Positions 18,877 through 30,652 of a stretch of DNA of 64,000 nucleotides are shown here, piece by piece. Source of the DNA: Candidatus Collierbacteria bacterium (GTDB lineage: Bacteria > Patescibacteriota > Microgenomatia > UBA1400 > JACPES01). The notes under the pieces are model-generated. The model was not told where the DNA came from. It ran no database searches and worked only from the letters and a program-made list of their open reading frames with translations. A program made the position numbers and the translations under genes. The stretch is taken from positions 3,862 to 67,861 of the forward strand of contig JACRNH010000002.1 in NCBI GenBank assembly GCA_016219325.1, written 5' to 3'. Positions within the stretch are counted from its first letter, which is position 1. Every line of letters begins with the position of its first letter.

Positions 18877-20349
18877 ATGCCATTTGTTCCGACTGAAAAA
18901 ATAGTTTTAGGAAGCGCCCGCGAAGAAGTTAGCTGGCGATTAAAGAATCGGATTGCTCCGGTGAAAAGCGTCCCAGAAAGGCAAGCTGTTCTCGATGTCA
19001 GGAAAAAAATAATTGAAGGAAGAGGATTTCCTGCTCAAAGTGATGCTTTAGCAACCCATTTTACAGGATTGGTCGATGTTCTCGCCGGTCCATTTCCGGC
19101 TCTGGCCAGAGTTGAGGCTGCTAGAGCTATCGGTGAGATAATAGCTAAAGATAATTCTATGTTAAATCATAGGGATTTTCTAAGAAGCCTTGAAGCAATG
19201 CAGACTGGTCCGGACTTGCGTGAAGGACCCATAGCCCACGGAGCGTGGCTTGAAGCAATAGGTAAGACGCCTGATTTTTTACAGAAAAAATTTATTACTG
19301 CCGTTGGAGAAGATAATCCTAATGACGCTAAAAGATTGGCTTTGTCAATGGCAGCGATGGAAGTATTTACCGAATTAAAAGGCGCGTTTCTGGACATGGA
19401 GATGCCGGAATGGACAAGAATGAATGCCAATTTATCCATTAGTGGATATGATCTGGAAGAAGGTGAAAAGCGTCCGAAATGCGTTATAAAAATGGGTAGC
19501 CGGGAAGTGACGCAAGTTGACGATAGGGGCATTATTGAATACGGAACCCGTTTGCCGACACGAAAATCGATGGCAATCGTGGCGCATCTTGGAGTTCCGA
19601 TTCATGGGAGGTTTAATATTGGTGGTGAATCAGACCAAAGAAATTTATCGATTCTTTTGGCTGAACCGAAACTGGCTACTCGTAAAGCAGAGACCGATGA
19701 TATGCAGTTGGAAAAATGGCGTGGTATAAGGTTACCCGCGTTTGATATTCCGTCGGAAGATTCTCTCGGAGCAATGGAGGAGATATTGGAAGGAACAGGT
19801 AATTGTTTATTACCACAGGTACTAAAATTAGTGTCGTCAGGTACACTGCCATGGAATATTGCAATTCGAGTTTCCCGAGAGCTTCATACTAATTTTGATA
19901 CTTCAATTGGAAGACGCCAAGCATTATCAAAAGTACTCTCACGGCATCTTACTAAGCTTCAGCAACCGGTTGTGCTGGAGAAATGGAAAGATGGTAAACA
20001 GGTTGGGAGCGAGAGCACAACAATATTGGCGTCTCATTTGGAAGAATTCAACAATCGTGTGTGTGGTTTGTTAAAAAGCAAAGAAATTACGGAGAAGAAA
20101 GCCTTAGAAATATTAGAAACCACCGTTACCGCTGTTTTATGTACCAAAGAACCGGATGGAGATCTTGATATTGTCAGAAGCGAGCCGGAGCTTGTCAGAG
20201 TTTTAGAGATGCTGATGAAACAACGGATGTTGCCGGAAGACAAAAAAAGATATCCAACTTTAATTGGCGGAGCGGGCGAAATGAAAGCTGAAACAATTAG
20301 AAGTGAATCAACCCCGCTTAAAGTATTGCCGGAAATGATTAAAGACTAA
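18877..20349 (+). CDS. hypothetical protein (large)
   Basis: 490-aa ORF, no motifs recognised. Confidence 0.4.
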   Translation: MPFVPTEKIVLGSAREEVSWRLKNRIAPVKSVPERQAVLDVRKKIIEGRGFPAQSDALATHFTGLVDVLAGPFPALARVEAARAIGEIIAKDNSMLNHRDFLRSLEAMQTGPDLREGPIAHGAWLEAIGKTPDFLQKKFITAVGEDNPNDAKRLALSMAAMEVFTELKGAFLDMEMPEWTRMNANLSISGYDLEEGEKRPKCVIKMGSREVTQVDDRGIIEYGTRLPTRKSMAIVAHLGVPIHGRFNIGGESDQRNLSILLAEPKLATRKAETDDMQLEKWRGIRLPAFDIPSEDSLGAMEEILEGTGNCLLPQVLKLVSSGTLPWNIAIRVSRELHTNFDTSIGRRQALSKVLSRHLTKLQQPVVLEKWKDGKQVGSESTTILASHLEEFNNRVCGLLKSKEITEKKALEILETTVTAVLCTKEPDGDLDIVRSEPELVRVLEMLMKQRMLPEDKKRYPTLIGGAGEMKAETIRSESTPLKVLPEMIKD

Positions 20350-20986
20350 TTTCCTCTAGCCTTTCTTTTTTTTCCCTATACATAATTCCATTTTGGGCCA
20401 TGGTGTGGTCGGTAAACAGGATGCCGTTGAGGTGGTCAAGTTCGTGCTGAAAGACTCGGGCGGCTAGGGCATCGAGAGTAAATACTGAATACTGAATACT
20501 GAATACTGAATTGGATGAGAGCGATTGTTCTGTCAAGATCATTGTCTTTGTTTTGATCCACGGCCAGCGGAGGACGGTTCCGTAGATTTTTGGGATTGAC
20601 AGACAACCCTCAAGAAAGGGATGAGCGTTGCCCGTTGAGCGTTGTGCGTTGCTTTCGACTAAATCTTCTCCCAGAGTCATTTCTTTTGGATGGTTGACGA
20701 TTTCAGGGTTTATATAATAAATTAACTCCGGTCCGTCCTTCTTCCCTTTTCCTTCTTCCTTCTTCCTTCCCGCCTCCAGCAACGTTGCAAACACTCTTAC
20801 TGGTCTCCCAACCTGCACCGCCGATAAGCCAATTCCCTGGGGGTTAGATTGCCTTTTCAGGGTTTTGCCTAAATCAGCCATAAATTTTACCAACTCATCA
20901 TCAATTTTGTTAATTCCTTGGCTTTTGGAGCGCAATATTTTTGTGTCGTTTGGCACTGTTAAAATTCTCATGGTAGAATTATACAT
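20339..20986 (-). CDS. def: peptide deformylase
   Basis: GIGLSAVQVG, EGCLSIP and HELDHLNG motifs. The start is probably the Met at 20971 (MRILTV). It carries an in-frame (TGAATAC)4 repeat insertion. Confidence 0.7.
   Translation of the reverse strand: MYNSTMRILTVPNDTKILRSKSQGINKIDDELVKFMADLGKTLKRQSNPQGIGLSAVQVGRPVRVFATLLEAGRKKEEGKGKKDGPELIYYINPEIVNHPKEMTLGEDLVESNAQRSTGNAHPFLEGCLSIPKIYGTVLRWPWIKTKTMILTEQSLSSNSVFSIQYSVFTLDALAARVFQHELDHLNGILFTDHTMAQNGIMYREKKERLEEISL
20479..20512. repeat. (TGAATAC)4 heptamer repeat inside def
   Basis: aatactgaatactgaatactgaatactgaatt; encodes SVFSIQYSVF on the minus strand. Confidence 0.8.
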
Positions 20987-21274
20987 ATGTCAGAAATTGA
21001 TAAAGAGAGTGAGCCGGTTTATCCAACAAACTTAGACGTGGTTGATTTCAATGGCAATGAGCATCAGGTTATTGGGACAGTTAGAACAAAAGATCCATTA
21101 AAGGATAAATTTATTTTGAAAGATCTTCAAACAGGTGAAATATTTAGAGTGACTAACGGAGCCACTTTTTCTTTCGGCAAGATGAGAGATCCTGGTCAGG
21201 GGAATGTTTATAGAAGAGATGAAGATGTTAAAGTTACCGGAAAAATAATAAGTGGTGAAATTGAAAAAGATTAG
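20987..21274 (+). CDS. hypothetical protein
   Basis: 95-aa ORF. Confidence 0.3.
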   Translation: MSEIDKESEPVYPTNLDVVDFNGNEHQVIGTVRTKDPLKDKFILKDLQTGEIFRVTNGATFSFGKMRDPGQGNVYRRDEDVKVTGKIISGEIEKD

Positions 21275-21277
21275 AAA

Positions 21278-21300
21278 CTGTAAAGTATCTGATACTTTAC
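21278..21300. repeat. GTAAAGTATCTGATACTTTAC palindrome (second copy at 45152-45192)
   Basis: Perfect hairpin between convergent genes. The same 21-mer plus a partner repeat lies inside the femAB-like gene. Confidence 0.7.
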
Positions 21301-21326
21301 ATGCTTCGATTGGCGTCGTTAGAATG

Positions 21327-23426
<2,100 letters not shown>

Positions 23427-23717
23427 CTACTCAATTTTAGCAGTCGGAGCAAGGAGTAATAGAAGCTACCAAACTGTTGATATCAATTCTTTTTGAAGCG
23501 GCATCTCTTTCTTTTGCTGATTCAGCTTGAGCCATGGCCCCCAGATCGTCAACTGCTTTTATTTGATAATGATAAGGAGCGCCGGCTGCCTTCTCTTTAG
23601 CAAGAGTAGGCTCAATTAAGAGTTCATACCATTTTGTTTGGGGTGCTTGGCGTGCTTCAAGAATTCCATTCATAGCGAAATCATGATTTTACCACATTTA
23701 AAAAGGCCCGGCCTTTT

Positions 23718-24287
23718 GTGGCTAAAATTATTAAAGTTCTTGATGGTATAATCGGTGACAATATGGGAAAATCATTGTTTGAGATTGCCAGCGAGTTAAG
23801 GCAAGTCCTTGAAAAACATCCTGCCAGACAAAATAATTTGCCTCAAGTTAGAATTGCGCCATCGGGAGAAGACAAAATGGCAGCCATGAGACATTTTGGA
23901 TTTGTCGCTACCGATAAAACAGGTGTGTTTCATATTGAAGAGTCAGGCCATCCGGGCAACGGAAATTTTTTTGAAAAACGGTTGCCCAATGTATTGTTGC
24001 CAAATCCGTTAGCGGAAGTAAGAATTTCTGAAGATTCTGCGGTTGGTCTCCCGATTTTAGCTTACGGCTATATAATAGACGGGTCTTTTGTTTTGCCTGC
24101 AGCCGATTTTGATTTTATGGAAAAAATGACAAGGGATCAGGCTAGAGGTTGGGATCAATGGAGAGATCTGACTCCTACTGATTTGCAGATTTTGGAAAAT
24201 GGGCTAGTCTCTCTGTTAAACTCTCTTAAAGACCAGAAAGATGAAATTTTCATCACAATCCCTCTCCCGTCTCCGGTCAGAAAATAG
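23718..24287 (+). CDS. hypothetical protein
   Basis: 189-aa ORF. Confidence 0.3.
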   Translation: MAKIIKVLDGIIGDNMGKSLFEIASELRQVLEKHPARQNNLPQVRIAPSGEDKMAAMRHFGFVATDKTGVFHIEESGHPGNGNFFEKRLPNVLLPNPLAEVRISEDSAVGLPILAYGYIIDGSFVLPAADFDFMEKMTRDQARGWDQWRDLTPTDLQILENGLVSLLNSLKDQKDEIFITIPLPSPVRK

Positions 24288-24310
24288 AATTAATTTGGGC
24301 TAACGGATAA

Positions 24311-24523
24311 TCAAGAAAACCGTTTGACGGCGCCAACGGAAAAAACCAAGTCAAAGTCGGAACCAAATGTGGCAAAGTGTTTTATTTTGTTTGACTGCAT
24401 CGCTAACAAATGATATGCGTCGCGGGGTTTTAATTTGAATTTTTCCATATATTCAAATATTTTAAGTTGTTTTTTATTTTCCAACGGGGGATTTATAAGT
24501 TGTAAAAAGTGGAGGGACAGCAA
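24311..24523 (-). pseudogene. possible PIN-domain C-terminal remnant
   Basis: PRDAYHLLAMQSNKIKHFATFGSDFD resembles the C-terminal DxxhlA...T.D.DF of PIN domains. There is no room for the N-terminal half before mreB. Confidence 0.25.
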
Positions 24524-24595
24524 TTTCTTTATTAGAGCAAGATCTCTGGCAAGGTTAAAACGGTGCTGGTTTCCAAGATAAAAGTTGTCAACTGC

Positions 24596-25651
24596 CTATC
24601 TCAACCCCCCAACTACCTTGACGCGGTTTAAGAGTCCGGGATTTTCGAGGACGATGGCGCAGCCGCGGACCACGGTCTCTAGCGGATTCTCCGCCAACCA
24701 TACCGGCATTTTTATCTGATCTTCCACTAGTTTGGTTAAGCCTTTTAATTGCGATCCGCCTCCCGTCATAATAAGACCGTGTTTGATTAGATCACTGATT
24801 AGTTCCGGCGGAGTTTCTTCAATAGTCTCTGAAACGGCGTAAACAATTTGGTTGACAACTTGCGATAGAGCCTCACGGACTTCATTGGAGGAGAATTTGA
24901 CTGATTTTGGCAAGCCTGTTTCCTGGTCGCGGCCGCGGGCTACGAAAACCAAATTCTTGTCTTCTTTTTCTGACGGAGCCGCAGAGCCGATCTTAATTTT
25001 CATGTCTTCAGCGGTATTTTCTCCGATAATGAGGCCATATTTTGATCTGGAAAAACCGACTAAAGATTCTGTCATTTCTTCGCCGGCTATCCGTAATGAT
25101 TTATTTACTACAATCCCTCCTAAAGATATAACCGCGATTTCAGTTGTTCCGCCGCCGATATCAACAATAATATGTCCGGAAGCTTCGGTAACCGGAATTT
25201 TAGACCCTATTGCTGATGCCATAGGCTCTTCAACAAGATAAGCTTCTCTGGCCCCGGCTGATAACGCGGCCTGTTGAACGGCCCGCCGTTCAACTTCGGT
25301 TACTCCTGAAGGAATTCCGACCGCGACTCTGGGGCGGGGGATTTTAGGAAACCACGAAGATCCTGTATGGATGACTTTAATCCAATGTTTTAACATGGCG
25401 GCGGTGGCGTCAAAGTCGGCGATAACTCCACCCCGTAAAGGTTTTATGGCTTCAATAGTTGAAGGGGTTTTGCCGAGCATTTTTCTGGCTTCCTCTCCAA
25501 CTGCCAATATGGCTTTACCTTTTTTAGCCCGGGCAACGACAGATGGTTGGCGGATAACGATACCTTTTCCACGGACATGGATTAAAGTATTGGCAGTGCC
25601 AAGATCAATACCGACATCGTGAGTAATAAAACTTAAGAAACGATTAAACAT
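24596..25651 (-). CDS. mreB: rod shape-determining protein MreB
   Basis: GIDLGTANTLIHVRGKGIVIRQPSVVA and the actin-like ATPase motifs throughout. Confidence 0.85.
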   Translation of the reverse strand: MFNRFLSFITHDVGIDLGTANTLIHVRGKGIVIRQPSVVARAKKGKAILAVGEEARKMLGKTPSTIEAIKPLRGGVIADFDATAAMLKHWIKVIHTGSSWFPKIPRPRVAVGIPSGVTEVERRAVQQAALSAGAREAYLVEEPMASAIGSKIPVTEASGHIIVDIGGGTTEIAVISLGGIVVNKSLRIAGEEMTESLVGFSRSKYGLIIGENTAEDMKIKIGSAAPSEKEDKNLVFVARGRDQETGLPKSVKFSSNEVREALSQVVNQIVYAVSETIEETPPELISDLIKHGLIMTGGGSQLKGLTKLVEDQIKMPVWLAENPLETVVRGCAIVLENPGLLNRVKVVGGLR

Positions 25652-25654
25652 AAC

Positions 25655-25810
25655 CTGTTATCCGATTTCTGTTTTCAGTTATCGGATTCAGGTTTATCGG
25701 TTTTCAGTCTGTCGGTCTCGAAACCGGAAAACCGAAAACTGGCAAACTTGCAACCGAAAACCGATAACCGAGAACTGATAACTAATTCTATCAGTTTATC
25801 GCTAATCTGC
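25655..25810. repeat. about 130-bp TTATCGGTTTTCGG palindromic element, intergenic copy
   Basis: cagttatcggattcaggtttatcggttttcag ... aaccgaaaaccgataaccgagaactgataact; sits between divergent mreB and the mreCD-mrdA side. Confidence 0.8.
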
Positions 25811-25860
25811 CACTGGCAATTTTGTTCTAGTTATGTAATATTGTGAGGGGGTAGAAAACA

Positions 25861-26502
25861 ATGAGCAGAAAACAGAAAACAATGCTTGCAGTATTCATTT
25901 CCCGCCTTTTTGATCCGGCCTGGATGATTCCCGGGATGTTGGCGGCGGCTGCCGGGTGGAGCTTGCTTAACGGTTTGAGATGGCGTTTTATAGTCATATT
26001 GCTTTTGATTGATGGATTAATTCCTTTCCTGTATTTTGTTCATCTTTTATCTACTAAAGAGATATCCGATTGGGATACCACTAAACGCGAACAAAGAATA
26101 AAGCTCTACGCATTTACTTTGGTATGTCATTCAACAGGAGTGATTATGGCTTGGTTGTTGGGGAAAATAATGCTGGCAAAAATTCTTCTTATATTTCTAG
26201 TGTTGGCTGCGGTTTTTACTCTGATAACTTTAATCTGGAAAATATCAATTCATACAGGGGTAGTATCGGCTGCAGTGATTTTCTTAAGTTTTTTGTTTGG
26301 ACGGAATTGGCTGTGGTTATTTTTAATAGTAGCGTTGGTAGCTTGGGCCAGAATAACCATGAAAAAACATACTTTATTACAAGCAGTAGCCGGCGCCGCG
26401 GTGGGAGCCGGAATAATTTTCATAGGATTTCGTCTGTTAGGGATTAATTCTGAAGCAGCTATTTATTCCAGCCGGATTTGCACATTGGGAAAATGGTGCT
26501 GA
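25861..26502 (+). CDS. polytopic membrane protein (weak PAP2-like resemblance)
   Basis: 213 aa, about 6 TM helices; KISIHTG and ARITMKKH loosely resemble PAP2 motifs. Its 5' end is built from an AACAATGAGCAGAAAACAGAAAACAATG repeat. Confidence 0.3.
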   Translation: MSRKQKTMLAVFISRLFDPAWMIPGMLAAAAGWSLLNGLRWRFIVILLLIDGLIPFLYFVHLLSTKEISDWDTTKREQRIKLYAFTLVCHSTGVIMAWLLGKIMLAKILLIFLVLAAVFTLITLIWKISIHTGVVSAAVIFLSFLFGRNWLWLFLIVALVAWARITMKKHTLLQAVAGAAVGAGIIFIGFRLLGINSEAAIYSSRICTLGKWC

Positions 26503-26506
26503 ATTT

Positions 26507-27295
26507 ATGCAGTTATCTAAAATATTATTTATTTTAACCGTCGGTATATTCGTGAGTTTGGGGATAATGCTTTTTGACTCTTTCGGAAAATTGCTTTGGT
26601 TAAGGGGAGGAATTGAGACATTGTCCGGTCCGGAATTAAAAGCAGGACTGTCGATTTCCGGAAAATTTGATTATTTAAAAAAAACAGCCTGGAAAGTTTT
26701 GATGAAAAATCAGGAAACTAATATAATTTTGGACAGATTGGCAAATCTGGAAAAAGACACTCTTGAAATAGAAAGATTAAGACAGGAAAATGAAAATTTG
26801 CGTAAAGTGCTTGGGGCCGAAAAAATCGCTGATATTAAATTAGAACCAGCGAAAATATTATCTTTTAATAACCAGTCTTTAATTGTTAATAAGAGCCGGG
26901 CGGCGCCGGGACTGGCAGCGGTAAATTCCGAATATGTTCTTCTGGGCATCTTGGGAAATTCAGGAAAATGGAATTCGCTTGTCAAGCTTTTAGCTGATCC
27001 ATCAGTAAAGATTCCAGTGAAAATTGTATTGCCTGACCAAACTACTGCGTCCGGGGAAGCTGTGGGGGAATTCGGAGGCAGGATTTCTTTGGAAAAAATA
27101 TTGACATCGGTTGATATAAAAAGCGGCCAACCGGTTTTTACCAGCGGGACTGACGGGTTGCCGTCTGATCTTTTAATTGGCTGGGTTGGAGACGGGATTC
27201 AAAAAACTGAATCCGCGGTTTTTCAAAAGGCTTATATCCGGCCGGCTGCGGATCCTGCCGGTATCAGCACTATTTTCTTTATATTAAATGAGTAA
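26507..27295 (+). CDS. mreC: rod shape-determining protein MreC
   Basis: N-terminal TM, a coiled-coil (LEIERLRQENENLRK), and C-terminal GQPVFTSGTDGLPSDLLIGWV. Confidence 0.6.
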   Translation: MQLSKILFILTVGIFVSLGIMLFDSFGKLLWLRGGIETLSGPELKAGLSISGKFDYLKKTAWKVLMKNQETNIILDRLANLEKDTLEIERLRQENENLRKVLGAEKIADIKLEPAKILSFNNQSLIVNKSRAAPGLAAVNSEYVLLGILGNSGKWNSLVKLLADPSVKIPVKIVLPDQTTASGEAVGEFGGRISLEKILTSVDIKSGQPVFTSGTDGLPSDLLIGWVGDGIQKTESAVFQKAYIRPAADPAGISTIFFILNE

Positions 27296-27719
27296 TATTT
27301 TATTACTGATATTAACATTGATAATCTCCGGAACGGAACCATTTTGGAATTCTTTTAGTTTAGCGGTTATTTGGGCTGCTGTTTTAGGGGTGAAAAAACA
27401 CAATGCTTCCGGAGCGTTCCAGGTATTTTTTTTAGGGTTGGTTAGAGACGTATTGCTGGTAAATAAGTTAGGCCAATCTTCTGCTGTCTTATTGATTGTT
27501 TGGGCCGCAGCAGCAGCGATAACTTCTAAACTATCCCGGAATTTGTTTGCGGTTACGGTTCCGGCTTTAGCGGGATACTTGGCTGTTAGTTTATTGGAAA
27601 CAGGAAAAATTAATTTTTGGGGAATGGTAATTACTGCGATATTTTCAGCGATAGTTATTGCAATCTGGACTTGGAAAAATTCCCGGGAGACGGGGATCAG
27701 AGTCCGTTTATCTTCATGA
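27288..27719 (+). CDS. mreD: rod shape-determining protein MreD
   Basis: Small polytopic membrane ORF between mreC and mrdA. Its TGA overlaps the mrdA ATG. Confidence 0.45.
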   Translation: MSNILLLILTLIISGTEPFWNSFSLAVIWAAVLGVKKHNASGAFQVFFLGLVRDVLLVNKLGQSSAVLLIVWAAAAAITSKLSRNLFAVTVPALAGYLAVSLLETGKINFWGMVITAIFSAIVIAIWTWKNSRETGIRVRLSS

Positions 27720-29452
27720 AATTCGGGCCATTAGGATCGTCAACTAATATTCAGAAGCATAATTTTTTACCATTGGGAATAATAGTAATAATTATGATGT
27801 CTGTATTGGGGATAATTTTAGCCAGGTTGACGACTCTGACTGTTTTTCGCGGTCAAGAATTGAGGCGCAGGGCAGATGAAAATAGAATTCTGATTAGGAA
27901 AATTCCCGCTCCGCGAAGAATTATTTTTGACCGTAACGGCAAGGCTTTAACCAGGAATGCTCCTGAAGGAAGGATATATCCATTTGAAAAAAATTTTACT
28001 CATGTGATTGGTTATGTAGGTGAAGTTTCAGAAGATGAAATGCAAAACGATTCATCTTTAAATATCGGAGATGCCATTGGCAAATCAGGCTTGGAAAAAC
28101 AATATGATAGAACATTGAGGGGGGTAGACGGGGCAGAATTGATCGAGGTGGACGCTATGGGGAATTTGCTTGGCGTTTTAGAAGATTTGCCGCCTCAATC
28201 AGGCAAAGATCTACACACAAATTTAGATGCTAATTTGCAAATTGCGATGACAGAGAGTTTAGGAGATAGAAAAGGAGCGGCTGTGGCAATTGATCCGGTT
28301 GACGGAACCGTATTGGGATTGGCGTCAAGTCCGGCGTATGATCCGAATGTGTTTGGGAAAATAATGAGCAATGAGCAGAAAATAGAAAGTAATGAAAAAG
28401 AAATTCAAAACTTGCTAACAGATACGATAAATCTTCCTTTGTTCAATCGCGCCATTTCAGGAGAATATCCGCCGGGATCAATTTTTAAGTTGGTAACTGC
28501 AGCTGCGGGATTGGCGGAAAATAAAATTAACAGCCGGACTTTGATTATGGATACAGGGGAAATTAAAATCGGGGCATTCCGGTTCGGGAATTGGTATTTT
28601 GATCAGTATGGAAAAACAGAAGGTGAAATCGGAATCATCCGAGCCCTGGCCAGAAGCAATGATATTTTTTTCTATAAGGTCGGGGAATTGCTTGGTCCGG
28701 ATTTACTATCCGGTTGGGCTAGGAAATTTGGCTTGGGGGAAAAAACAGAAATTGATCTTATCGGTGAAGTTGACGGATTGGTCCCGGATTCTAAATGGAA
28801 AGAAAAAACAACAGGCGAAAGATGGTTTTTAGGAAATACTTATCATATGGCTATTGGTCAGGGGGACGTTCAGTTAACCCCTTTGCAGGCGGCAATGATG
28901 GCGGGGGCGGTGGCGACGGGGAAAAAATGTCAGCCGCGCATTGCCAATTCAGTATTCAGAATTCAGAATTCAGAATTAAATTGTCAGGATATTGGGATAT
29001 CTGACCAAGACCGAAATTTAATTTTAGAAGGTATGGTTGGAGCTTGTTCAACCGGCGGTACCGCCTTTCCATTTTTCCCCTGGAATCAATCAATTGAAGG
29101 TCTAACCTTCAATAAAGCCATACATCAATCAAATGGTATAAGCAATTATCCGGCTGTGGCCTGTAAAACCGGAACTTCCCAGCATGGTGGAAAACAAATC
29201 AAACCGCACGCCTGGATAGTAGTGGTAGGCCCGATAGCGCAGCGGAATTCAGAATTCAGAATTCCCTGCCCGCCATCGGCTATCGCCGAAGGCGATTGCA
29301 GGCGGGAGAATTCAGAATTATATAAGTTGGATTTGGAATCAAAAAAACGAATTGTTTTGGTGGTGATGTTGGAGGATGCAGGAGAGGGCTCTTACGAAGC
29401 CGGTCCGGTTGCCAAAAAGATTTTGGAAAAGTGGTTTAAAAATGACGATTGA
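27716..29452 (+). CDS. mrdA: penicillin-binding protein 2 (transpeptidase)
   Basis: N-terminal TM; SIFK (SxxK) and KTGT motifs. Start at the ATG overlapping the mreD stop (the tracked ORF begins at 27617). Three in-frame repeat insertions. Confidence 0.75.
   Translation: MKFGPLGSSTNIQKHNFLPLGIIVIIMMSVLGIILARLTTLTVFRGQELRRRADENRILIRKIPAPRRIIFDRNGKALTRNAPEGRIYPFEKNFTHVIGYVGEVSEDEMQNDSSLNIGDAIGKSGLEKQYDRTLRGVDGAELIEVDAMGNLLGVLEDLPPQSGKDLHTNLDANLQIAMTESLGDRKGAAVAIDPVDGTVLGLASSPAYDPNVFGKIMSNEQKIESNEKEIQNLLTDTINLPLFNRAISGEYPPGSIFKLVTAAAGLAENKINSRTLIMDTGEIKIGAFRFGNWYFDQYGKTEGEIGIIRALARSNDIFFYKVGELLGPDLLSGWARKFGLGEKTEIDLIGEVDGLVPDSKWKEKTTGERWFLGNTYHMAIGQGDVQLTPLQAAMMAGAVATGKKCQPRIANSVFRIQNSELNCQDIGISDQDRNLILEGMVGACSTGGTAFPFFPWNQSIEGLTFNKAIHQSNGISNYPAVACKTGTSQHGGKQIKPHAWIVVVGPIAQRNSEFRIPCPPSAIAEGDCRRENSELYKLDLESKKRIVLVVMLEDAGEGSYEAGPVAKKILEKWFKNDD
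28358..28397. repeat. AATGAGCAATGAGCAGAAAATAGAAAGTAATG element inside mrdA
   Basis: Encodes IMSNEQKIESNEK. Confidence 0.75.
28947..28978. repeat. (TTCAGAA)n heptamer repeat inside mrdA
   Basis: attcagtattcagaattcagaattcagaatt; further copies at 29246-29266 and 29310-29325. Confidence 0.8.
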
Positions 29453-30641
29453 GGATTTAAAGAAAAAAATCAAGAAGTTGGGGCTGACAATTGACGGCGA
29501 AAACGGCCGGGTGCTGGTGGAGTGGAAGAAGGTCCCGTTTGCCGAAACCGATAGGCCATATTGGGCTGGTTTGTCTTCAATAGACGGAGTCGGTCCGAAT
29601 GCTTTACCGCTTTTGGTATCGTGTTTTGGGTCAGCCAAAAACGTTCTGTTTGCGGATAAAGAATTGTTAACGCAAGCGGGAATACCGGTAAATGTGGCAG
29701 CGAGGATTATTGGATTTTCCGGTAAAAATGATATTAACAAATGGTTTGATAAGGCTCTTAATCCTGAGCCTAATATTAATTTATCTTTCCTGACTCCAAA
29801 AGATAAAGATTTTCCGGAGAGATTATTGAGCATGTCAGGAGCTCCAAGCCACTTGTGGGTTTGGGGGGATAAGACAATATTGAACCAAAAACGAATTGTA
29901 GCAATAGTCGGAACCAGAAAAATTACCCCTTACGGCCGGTCTGTAACAGAAATTCTAGCTGAAGGCTTGGCAATCAGAGGACTGATCGTCATTTCAGGAT
30001 TGATGTATGGTGTTGACGAGGTCGCGCAAAGAGCGGCATTGAAAAACAAAGGGATAGTCATAGGGGTTTGGGCCGGAGGGATAACCCGGAAATCTTTTGG
30101 CAGCCGAGCCCGGTTAGCCTACGAAATAGTTTCAAATAATGGGGCAGTTGTTTCGGAATTCTCATTTGAGAAATTTCCTTTTAAAGGCACATTTCCGGCC
30201 CGCAATCGAATCGTTTCCGGATTATCTGCCGGAGTAGTAATTACTGAAGCGGCGGCAAAGTCCGGCAGTCTTATCACCGCGGATTGCGCTCTTGATCAGG
30301 GTAAGCCGGTAGGCGCCGTCCCTGGTCCGATAACCAGTCCGTTGTCTGAAGGCCCTAATGAGTTATTAAAAAATGGAGCCACTCCAACTACCAATGTTAT
30401 GGATATCTTGAATATGTGCGGATTAACCGGAAAGAATCTTGATAAAACTTTTCAATATATTCCTAAAAATGATAACGAAAAATTAATTCTTAAGCTTTTG
30501 GCAGATCAAAATTTGACGGTTGACGATTTAGTCAGGGTGTCATCTTTTCCCATATCTGAAATTTCGGAAACTTTAACATCTTTGGAATTATCAGGAGTAG
30601 TCGAACAAGTGGGGGAAGAGTGGAGGAAGCTAGCAAATTAA
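29442..30641 (+). CDS. dprA: DNA processing protein DprA (Smf)
   Basis: IVGTRKITPYGRSVTEILAEGLAIRGLIVISGLMYGVDEVAQRAAL is the Rossmann-like DprA core. The start overlaps the mrdA stop. Confidence 0.7.
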   Translation: MTIEDLKKKIKKLGLTIDGENGRVLVEWKKVPFAETDRPYWAGLSSIDGVGPNALPLLVSCFGSAKNVLFADKELLTQAGIPVNVAARIIGFSGKNDINKWFDKALNPEPNINLSFLTPKDKDFPERLLSMSGAPSHLWVWGDKTILNQKRIVAIVGTRKITPYGRSVTEILAEGLAIRGLIVISGLMYGVDEVAQRAALKNKGIVIGVWAGGITRKSFGSRARLAYEIVSNNGAVVSEFSFEKFPFKGTFPARNRIVSGLSAGVVITEAAAKSGSLITADCALDQGKPVGAVPGPITSPLSEGPNELLKNGATPTTNVMDILNMCGLTGKNLDKTFQYIPKNDNEKLILKLLADQNLTVDDLVRVSSFPISEISETLTSLELSGVVEQVGEEWRKLAN

Positions 30642-30652
30642 ATAATAAAAAA

